DNA of 55,843 nucleotides, the filler included, from Sphacelaria rigidula (lineage: Eukaryota): NCBI GenBank assembly GCA_964200075.2. It is 6 parts of 6 records of this genome, joined end to end, with 100 filler letters (N's around TTAATTAATTAA, not from the genome) between each part and the next. Parts side by side here need not be neighbours in the genome. Positions count along the whole stretch, not along the records: positions 46,621 to 55,843 come from CAXNAA020009004.1; 5 more parts are not named here. One strand, 5' to 3'. Both the position numbers and the translations under genes were made by a program. This document shows, piece after piece, positions 46,743 through 55,843 of the stretch. The notes under the pieces are model-generated. The model was not told the DNA's origin. It searched no databases and saw only the letters and a program-made list of their open reading frames with translations. Positions within the stretch are counted from its first letter, which is position 1, and every line of letters begins with the position of its first letter.

Positions 46743-47997
46743 ACATCACCAATAACTTCAGCTCACAAGTAGGTACAGGTAAACGCGTAAGTTGGAGCTG
46801 TCCGTGCTAGGCCCAAACCTGTCGTGCTAGGCCCAAACCTCTCAAAAATCAATCCCGACGCAAAGACAAGGCGCTCACAGTCCATGCAGAGCATGTACAC
46901 CAACTTTCGCGGAAGAACAGCGCGATTCAGGGCCGAACAGCACCGTGAGAAACAAGGGCCTCGCAGAGTACCCTATTTTGTCCGGTAATGGGGGTAGCTA
47001 CACCCACCGAAAACTACTATAATAGTAATGCTCGCATGTTTATCTTCTACCTTATTGTGTCTTCTGTTGTTCCCTATTTTGTCCAAATGGTACACCTATT
47101 TTGACCACTATCGGCCTTCCACAGCCGCCGTCCAATCCACGCACGGCACAGAATCGACGAAGAACATTTCCAAGGCTTCTTTTCACCCCTTCCTACTACC
47201 TCGAGACTCAAGACCCCACCGTCATTGATTTCCGCCCCAAATAAACAGTCCCCTGGGGAGTGACTGACACCCCGCACGATCGTTGGGCGCGCACGTGCGC
47301 GCAAACGGCACAACAATTTGCGAAATACGAAGCAAGCTGTTGTGCCATTTGCGCTGTGTTCCGTGCCGCACAAGTGGATGTGCCATTTGCGTTGTGTTTT
47401 ACGTTTCGCAAGCTGTTGTACCGTTTCCGTCGTATTCCGTGTTTCGCAAGTTGTGCCGTTTGCGCGCACGTGCGCCCAATGGTCGTGCGGGGTGTCAGTC
47501 TCTCCCCAGCGGACTCGTTTGTTTCGGGCAGAAATCACCGACGGCGGGGTCTTGAGTCTCGAGGTAGCAAGTAGGAAGAGGTGAAAAGAAGCCTTGGAAA
47601 TATTCTTCGTCGATTCTGTGCCGTGCGTGGATTGGACGGCAGCTATGGAAGGCCGGTAGTGATAAAATAGGCGTACAATTTGGAAACAATAGGGGACAGC
47701 ATAAGACACAATAGGGTACAAGATAAACATGCGAGTATTACTAGTACTTTTCGGTGGGTATAGCTACCCCCATTGTCGGACAAAATAGGGTACTCTACGA
47801 GGCCCTTGTTTCCCACGGTGCTGTTCGGCCCTAAATCGCGCTTTTCTTTCTCGAAAGTTGGTGTACGTGCTCTGCGTGGGCTGTAGGCACCTTGTCTCCG
47901 CGTCGGGATTGATTCTTGAGTGGTTGGGGCCTAGCACGTGCAGCTCCAACTTGCGCGTTTACCTGTACCTACTTCTGGGCTGAAGTCATTGTTGACG
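46743..47997. mobile_element. Large foldback element, ~1.25 kb, with ~600-bp inverted arms
   Basis: ACTTCAGCTCACAAGTAGGTACAGGTAAACGCG is mirrored by CGCGTTTACCTGTACCTACTTCTGGGCTGAAGT. Symmetry continues to ~47330/47430, and opposite-strand ORFs both contain AAVQSTHGTESTKNISKASFH. Confidence 0.92.
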
Positions 47998-48087
47998 TAC
48001 CCAATTGTTGTTTTTTGCCCTTTTCGAAAACTTTTCTGACATAAATGTGGACGTGGCTAAGATGAATGCTCACTACTGAAATGACAG

Positions 48088-48429
48088 GCGCCAGGAGCAA
48101 TCGGTGCAGCGTGGTGGCGCGCTTCACTCGGCAACAAATGATAGACATGGGCCTGCTTCCACCGCCGATCTCACCCGCGGATGAAAAAGAAGAGCAGTTA
48201 GCCACAGGCGACAGCGACGCCGGCTTGGCGGGCCAGGCGAATGTAAGAACAGACGGAAGCTACCAGGAGGAGGAAACGGAGAGGCAGGAAACGCCGGAGC
48301 CGATAGGGCTAATAGGACACTTCGAGGCGCGAGCGCTGCTAGACCGCAAGGATATACCTGGGTCATTTACTGGCTCCCTCGACATGAGTATGACGGAGCG
48401 AGACCTGATCTCAACCGAAGATGGAGTTG
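48088..48429 (+). CDS. Internal exon of a gene resembling an archaeal/bacterial-type predicted SAM methyltransferase (N-terminal part)
   Basis: GACAG acceptor, G|GTGAGT donor, 342 nt open, phase 1-1. Ends IGHFEARALLDRKDIPGSFTGSLDMSMTERDLISTEDGV. The family assignment is from recalled similarity only. Confidence 0.7.
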
Positions 48430-50578
48430 GTGAGTGCACTAGCAATACGGATTTTGGGTGTGGTTTTTACGGAAATTTCGTTGGTTTGACCTGCTTCTTG
48501 TCGTCATACTTGCTAGACGTTTCCTCCCGTACAGTCTCGGAGGATGTGGTTGTGAGGGTTATCGCGATTACGCAGTGAGACCAACTTTCATGCGCGGCGT
48601 GTCCGAATGAGTATTCAGGACTGCCTCATTATCTACAGTCGGACGCCTGACCAAATTTTATGGGGGGTAAAATGGTCAGATCACGGGAACTGAGTTTACC
48701 TGATGTTATTATTCTGAGCTTTTCCGGCAGTTTGGCTCAAGATCGCCTGGCACTTTCGGGTGATGGGAATCTGAGGCATGGTCGGTAAAGAGGCGTTGGT
48801 GCTGTATCGACTGCTACAGACTAGATTCCTGTGCTGGTATCGCAACGTCATTTGGCTGCACTGTTCATCGTACAGCGAGAAAGGAGCTCAGCGCATGCAA
48901 GCCGCATTCTGCCCACGTAGTGTTCTTCCTTTTCAATGATGTAAAGGCTTGTATGTTGGGAGATTAGATGTCCAAACACCGCGCACCTGGCATCTGATGA
49001 GGCCAAAAAATCACGTACGTGTAGGTTGAGGCCGCAAGTAGGTGTTGACGCGACGGTACCAGCGACCCAAGGCGTTTTGTGCGCTGCGTGGCTTTAAATG
49101 ATGACCATTTTTCGTCTTCCAATGCAACTATAGGGGGTGCAATACAAAACCGGCACGGAGGTAACGGCAGATCTTAGCGACATCGTCATTTAACTCGGCC
49201 CACTTATTGGTCGACGCTTGCAGCACCACAGATAACAAGCACTATTCGGGCTTTGTCGCATTTTTCGAGGCTGCTGCCGTTGGGATTCATATGCGGTCTC
49301 GCGCCAGACGTGGTCATGCAGCCGAGTCCAAAACAACAGTGTCTTCTACCAAGGGCCAGTATGAAGCTGTTCGAGCGGGGGCGAGGTCCCCTTACGAGAA
49401 GTACCGGAACCTCTGGGCAGGATATCATAGACTGACCGCGACGGGGGCGATCGGTCTTCTCTTCTATAATGGCTCGCACGTGGATATCTTCATGTTTTCT
49501 CACATAAACCTCATCGACGTTCTGCGGGCTTTTTCCCCGTTTAACTTCTTCTCAGAATGCGACAGAACAGTCGAACAGTCTGCAATTTTCATGAATGGAT
49601 CGTGAGTATCCCAGCCTTGCGGAGGCGTGGTTCGCGTCGTACAGTCAGCACGATGCTTTCGACTCCAAGCACACCGGGCCAAATTTGACCTGCATTCCTG
49701 GACAAACTCTCGATTCGTATATTATGCGTTTCGTCCCTTTATAGTGATATAAATCCTTTGCTACCCGGGCGCCTCAGCAATGGGCGCAATCTATGTCGCT
49801 AGCTTTCCGTGCTGATGTGGACGCCTCTCTTTCCAAGGACGTGTGGCCCTCGAACCTCAGCACATTTCACGCGGGGAAGCATGACCATTCGAATGTAACC
49901 CGGGCCTCTAAATTAATCTCTCAGTGAACCGCCTCCATAATATTTCATTCAGACAAACCTGGTCTCGCCGAACACGGCATCGAGATTGTCTTGTTACAAA
50001 AAAACCTGGAACCGGTCACATTTATAGCCGTTATGTCAGCACCATACGGCGCTGTTTATTTACACTTGCTGTCCTTTGTAGACAAAACTCATCCTATACT
50101 GGGAACTGAACGGAGCACTTGGCACCGACGTCTAGGTAGAAAACAGGTCGTTCCAGCCTTCCTCGCTTTGGTGAGAGCGTCATCGTGCTTGCCGTGGTTT
50201 CAAACAGCGCTTTTTCATTGTCACACGCATCAAACACGCTCGTCAACATTTTGCAGCTCGGTATTTTTCTGGTGTAACGGTCTGTATGTATCAGCGTCAC
50301 GGCCAAGCCTTCCACTTGAACACCACCAGAATCACGCATAAAGTTGGTCGAGGTGATGTGGGAAAATTCAAGTCAACTTAGATCATCTGGACTCACATAA
50401 CCGGAAATGTTTATATCGATATAGCCGCGCCTGACAATCGCTTTTCATCTGAGATTTTCTGTCCCGTGGATGTTTAAAAAAATTCTGAAAGTTTCGTTTG
50501 AAGACTGCACGTCGGACGATCCCTCTCCGAGGTGAGTTTACTTGGTTTATATACTATTATAAACACGAGAAACAGTCA

Positions 50579-50762
50579 ACCCCGGCGGGCTACTCGTCCA
50601 AATACCATGCGAAAACACCTGCGAACTCAAGTTCAGACCCACCAAACGATTTTCAGAAATAAATGTGTTTCCGGTCACTCCCCTCTGAACCGCACGGCGT
50701 AGCCCACACAAAAACTCACTCATCTAAAACCAATCGGTGTGATGAGTAGTCCCGCCGAGGGC
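50579..50762. mobile_element. Small MITE-like element with imperfect ~20-bp TIRs
   Basis: CCCCGGCGGGCTACTCGTC ... GATGAGTAGTCCCGCCGAGGG. Confidence 0.5.
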
Positions 50763-51548
50763 CGACAAGGGAATTCAAGCAACACCACAATCCGTGCAGT
50801 AGGAAATCAGGTCGAACGTTGTTGCTGTGGCGTGTTTTTTCGGGGAACGTGGCTGTTTCTACCCGGAAAAGATGCACTAAAAATAAGTGCTGGAAAAGCG
50901 CTTTCGATCAGTGATCCTCCCTAGCAGTGTACAACCCCACGAAGCCCCGGCATCACTAGCCACCCCTCTTGCGACTGCCTTTGCCTGAGACCGCGACACT
51001 ATATTCGGGGGGGAGGCATGATGCAACAAACCGCTCAGTCGTCTGCTACATGTTGTTGTAATATTTCGGCTGGTGCCGTGTGCTACTACTGCTGTGCACG
51101 AGCGGCAAGTGCATCGTAGCATCACGAATACAGGCAATCCGGTCAGTACAGTACCCGTGTAAAGGTCATACACGCACGAGAAGCCGGGTTTCGTTCGGTT
51201 GAAGGCGTTTGAAAGGAGAACCGGAGATAAGTGTGTGTTGGGGTCAGCAATGGCCGCAGCGCATGTGGACATACGCTGCGGTCATTTTGGCCACTGTATG
51301 GGTTAGGCTCTAATCGTTGCTGAAACACTCAACTATGCTGCTTTGCAGGTACCCCTGGGACATGTTGTTCGCATGTTTTGTTTGATGTGCGCTTTTTGTT
51401 TTCCTGGAATCTTCGAACTTGACTTTTATACCGACCTTCCACGTGATGAGTGTATACAGTGGATTCGAGTCAGATCTAACCCAACTGAACGATCCACGCA
51501 AAAAATAACGCGATCTTATTGGCTTGGAAATCGTAGTCGCCATGTTTG

Positions 51549-51578
51549 CTGTACTGTACTGTACTGTACTGTACTGTA
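51549..51578. repeat. (CTGTA)6 microsatellite
   Basis: Direct inspection. Confidence 0.9.
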
Positions 51579-51878
51579 GATGGACCAGTCGATGTTGGAT
51601 GCTGATTCGTCGTACAGATACAAGAGTACCGACTGAAGAAATTAATTATTTCTTCCGCACTAGTAAGTTGCCGGGCTTTCGCGTGGCTGCACTCCCGGCA
51701 GCGCTTTGTTATGATACAAATGAGGCCGCACTCCGTGGAAGCACAGATAGTCTTATATCCTTTCAGAATCCGTCAGATTTCGCCAGTATTTCGCTAGACA
51801 GCCACAGGTCATGGCAATCTCCCGCCCCTTCGCTGTGCCATTTTGGCTTGTGACGCCCTGTCCATTGTACAAGGTTAG

Positions 51879-52015
51879 CGCTGCCTTCGGTTGAGGGCAC
51901 GGAGCCGTGCTTGGTGGCGTCATGGAGCGAGCTAGGCGTGATTCTCAAAAAAGCGAAGAAGGGGCAGTACGGCTGCTGGGAGCTGTACGGGGATGGCCAA
52001 ACAACGCCATACAAG
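51879..52015 (+). CDS. Next exon of the same putative methyltransferase-like gene
   Basis: The TTAG acceptor gives a phase-1 join G|CG: ..EDGVALPSVEGTEPCLVASWSELGVILKKAKKGQYGCWELYGDGQTTPYK. Probable AAG|GCAAG donor; the 3' boundary is uncertain. Confidence 0.65.
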
Positions 52016-53414
52016 GCAAGATGTACTCTTACAACAACAAACAGAAAAATGGCGCGAAGGTGATGAGGGCGGATGCTGAGTCCCTAGGGTACCCAAGGCA
52101 TTTATTTCTGGAAAAAGCCGAGAACTGAACTTCATGGTACCTGAGATTCGGAGTTACACCTATATCTTACTGACTCCAAACATCATTGGAAACGTAGGTC
52201 GGGGCCCGAGTCCGTAGTCTCAGGTCTTGAGGTGATATGGCATATTGATCCGGGATGTCGAATGTACCGTCGGTGACGAACTGTACCCCCTCCGGGTGAT
52301 GACGTTTGGGACCCGGAACTCGTAACTCGGGGGTGGTATGTAGGAGGTGTCATGTACCACGTGCCTCTGGTTATAAGGTGACACCCTGATTGCCGGCCAT
52401 TCAGGTGATGTCACGCCGGCCTACAGCAGGCGGAGGACGAGGGCATGAGGAGAATGATACCATTAGGGTGGTGATCACATATTGTGGCAAGCGTGAGGTC
52501 ATCAGATGGACCTTCGGTCAGCTTTTCTGTGGAACTATCGACCGCATGCGCGACGGCAAAACGATTCTGTGCTCATTGTGCTACTGTACGTTGTCCTGCA
52601 CTCTATACCAACGGGTACTCTTGTGGGTACCCACTGTCTCATGCCACGGCTGACATGTCTTCCCCTTTTTTTCATGGTCACATGTGACATTCGACAAGGG
52701 GTTGGTCACCAACTGTTGATTATGAGATACACTATTTTTTCCCTCTACTGAAGTGCGTTATATACAAAGTACACAGGTGATGACCCGCATAGGGAGAAGG
52801 AAAGCAGAAACTGCTCACCCGGAGGTTTCAGTCAGGGGGATAAGTCGGTATACTCGGCACTGATGATGTACAGCGTCACCTATGGTAGCGAGTGGGTCAA
52901 ACTATCAGTGATGAAATTGTCAAAGATAACTTTTCACACAGGGAAAATTTCCCCAAGTTAGCCCGAGTAATTACGACGGACCTCTGGCGCCTAGGATGTA
53001 TAGGTTGAGTACTCATGATGTCAACGAGAAACATGGCACTGTGCATTCTTTTTAAGAGAAAACCGCACGGCTTCAAACAAGCTGAGAAACGAAGCAGTAG
53101 GGACAGCCTAGACAAAAATGGAGGGGCTGCACATGGCGTGGGTACGCACACCAGGAGGGAGGAAGGAGTAGAGTCAGACAGAGCAGGGAGAGTTGCACCT
53201 GCCTGTGATACAAGACGAGCACCGGGCTAGCAAAAGCCAGAGAGTCCAAAACGCGGTTAAGAAAACAAATGAACAAGAGCAGGAAAAAGAGGAGGGGGGG
53301 GGGGGGGGGGGCGAACTCTTTTGTTGTTTTCCTTAGTGTGGGAAAAAGGGGGGGGGGCGGGGGGGGGGGAGACTTGCTAGGAAAGCAGCACGAGTAGCCC
53401 GGGCGAGACAGCAG

Positions 53415-55843
53415 AGTCAACTTGTTAAGGTAGCCACCTACAATGTCAGAATTCTAGCTATGAAGGGGGCCAACGGATGGAGGCGAGACTACGGTGTCTT
53501 GTACGAGGCTGCGAGACTCAACATCTTGGTGGTAGGACTTCAGGAGACAAGGAGAGCAGGGAGAACACACGGTACAGCAGCAGGGTTCAGAGTCTTCTGT
53601 TTTGGGAGCGAGTCATGTGGGCAACACGGTGTGGGAATTGCCGTGAAGGAGTCGATTTGCAATAACGCTACCCATACCACTGAGTACGTTGACGAGCGCC
53701 TCATGGCAATGCGGTTTGAAGTATCGGGACAGAGCGGAGCGGTCCATTTCGTAGCTGCGTATGCACCAACTGAAGTTGCCAAAAACGAAACGAAACAAAC
53801 GTTCTGGGATGGACTTGGTGATTCCGTACAGCGGATCCCGACGAAGGGATGTGTGCATGTATTGATGGATGCCAACGCGCGGACGGGGGACAAAGTAAGA
53901 GAGGGCTTAAAGGATGAAGGGGTCCTAGGCGCCTATGGACGTGATGAGCTGAACGATAGTGGCGAAATTCTGCTAACTTCCGCAACTGACAAAAAACTAG
54001 CCATCACGAACACCTCCTTCAGCACGCGCAAAGGCGGACTCTCGCACACATACGACGGTGTTGCGGGGAATTGCACGAGCGACCTCAAGCGCATAGACTA
54101 CATGCTCACTCGGCAGGCACACCGAGGTAGAGTGCGCAACGTGGTCGTGCACTCCCAATCCGCACCCCCGGCTAAAGCGGACTCGGACCACAACATGGTG
54201 GTGGCCACTGTCGACCTCGGTGACCGCCTTGCCCACAACCGCCCAGTACGAACCAAGTCGAAGCACCTGCAACTCAGTCGACAGCAGCTGCAGACCGAAA
54301 TGGCAAGGTGGCACGTGATCGAGAGGTTCCTACATAGCCTCGCCGAGCAAAATATACCAGCCAATCACCACCGCACCGGCTGCCGCGAAGGAGTTTACCG
54401 AAGCTATCCTCGAAGCAGCGCAGATAGGACTCCCAGAAGAGACACGGGTACCACGTATGCCGGAATGGTGTGAAAATCCCGGCACGAGAGCAACAATGGA
54501 GGCAGCGCTCGCCGAACGACGGGAGGCACGCCGACTGATGAAGGATTACCAGACTCCAGCATCGTGGGAAGCACTCAGAGCCGCGTGTAAGAACGTGTGT
54601 ACAGCAATAGACGACGGCATCCATGCACACCTGGAGAGGTATGTGGCAAGGCTAGAGGCGATCTACAAAGATCGCGACGTGAGGGGCCTGTGCAAACACC
54701 TCAAGAGATCGTGGTGGAAGGCAATCCGGAGGGCAGCAGTTCATAAAGGACAAAAACGGCGTCCTACTGAGGAATAAAATTGCCATCCTCAAACGGTGGG
54801 CGAGGTTCTTCCGCACCCTGCTGAACACCAAATCGCCCACGCTGAACCCAGCCATCATCGAGGTGGAGCAGCGACCGGCAGCGTCAACCACCAGTGGTTC
54901 GGTATCGCTTCGGGCAGCACCAACACTGGAGGAAACCAGACGAGCAGCCCGGCGGATGTACAACTGGAAAGCGCCAGGACACGACTTCCTTCTGTGGAGC
55001 TACTAATTATCGACGGCCGCGCGGAACCCATCGTTCTCGAACGCTTCCATACCATTCTCGTCGAGGTGTAGAACGGAGGGGAGGTCCCGCAGGAGTGGAA
55101 ATATGCAAGAATCAAGGCGCTGTACAAGAAATCGGACCGGTCCATCTGCAATAACTACAGGGGGATCTCTCTGGTATCGCACGCAGGTAAAGTGCTCCTG
55201 AAGGTGGTTAACCGCCTCAGCGACTACCGCAAAACGCACGGGATATTACCGGAGGAACAGTGCGGCGTCCGACCTGACCGATCCACTGTCGACATGCTGT
55301 TCGTAGTGGGCCGACTCCAGGAGCTGGGACGGCAGCGGAGAATACCGCGGTACATGTGCTTCGTCGACCTCCAAAAGGCATATGACTGGGTCGACCGAGA
55401 GCTTCTGTGGCAGGTACTGGCCCGAGCTGGTATTCCGGATGAGACTGTAGCAGTTACCCGCCAATTCCACGACGGTATGCAGGCCCGCGTACGCATGGAC
55501 GACGGGGAGCTCTCGGAGCGGTTTAAAGTCAGTCACACGGGGACTGCGACAAAGATTTGTACTGTCTCCCCTACTGTTCAATATCTTCTTCGCGGCAGAG
55601 TTCGAGATAGTCCTCGTGCGATTCAGCGAGGATGATATCATCATCAAGGACGTGGTATATCTCGATGAGGAGATGGGGAGGGGGGCGGAGACACCGCTGG
55701 AACGTGTATCGAGAGCGGTGTGGGGAATGCTGTATGCCGACGATGCCGGCGTCGTCTCAAGATCTCCGGACGGACTGGCGAAGATGATTACCATCATAAT
55801 GGACGTGTTTGGGGCCTTTGGACTGACCGTATCGGAGAAGAAG
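53415..55843 (+). mobile_element. RTE-clade LINE: AP endonuclease plus reverse transcriptase, frameshifted, truncated by the scaffold end
   Basis: Endonuclease motifs VATYNVR, GLQETR, HGVGIAV, AYAPT, DANAR, IDYML, SDHNMV. RT motifs [42 protein letters not shown]. Several frameshifts and a stop. Confidence 0.95.

Noticed and set aside
42000..48088. Joining the TTLL exons to the 48088 exon
   Set aside because: A synthetic spacer intervenes, the phases do not match, and the peptide looks like another family.
49207..49605. 132-aa ORF as an additional exon
   Set aside because: Not needed to join 48429 to 51879 in frame, and no recognisable motif.
52405..52516. Phase-0 candidate exon VMSRRPTAGG..
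   Set aside because: Weak pyrimidine tract directly after a repeat-like CCCTG end, and the peptide does not resemble the expected continuation.

Overview
This is repeat-rich eukaryotic nuclear DNA, most consistent with a brown alga or related stramenopile. That assignment is an inference from the long repeat-filled introns, splice-site style, ciliary genes and RTE LINE/tRNA-SINE content. The window is not one locus. It is six separate scaffolds of 9225, 9225, 9224, 9223, 9223 and 9223 nt, in descending length order, joined by identical 100-nt spacers (N44-TTAATTAATTAA-N44), so no linkage should be inferred across spacers. Host gene pieces: (1) the first coding exon of IFT81 (13476-13541, minus); (2) three consecutive exons of a TTLL4/5-like tubulin glutamylase (37966-42000, plus), one ending at a GC donor; (3) two frame-compatible exons (48088-48429 and 51879-52015) resembling the N-terminus of a poorly characterised archaeal/bacterial-type SAM methyltransferase family; (4) a signal-peptide first exon (30998-31273); (5) several decayed exon-like segments. 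The rest is largely mobile DNA: a degenerate plant-type (DD39D-like) mariner transposase, TA-flanked mariner-type termini, many MITE/foldback palindromes including one of about 1.25 kb, two tRNA-derived SINE families, LINE fragments and microsatellites. I found no rRNA, intact tRNA or CRISPR array, and no clear new multi-gene system. The best leads are the methyltransferase-like gene, a recurrent SINE-MITE composite and a TGACGT-dense transposon.
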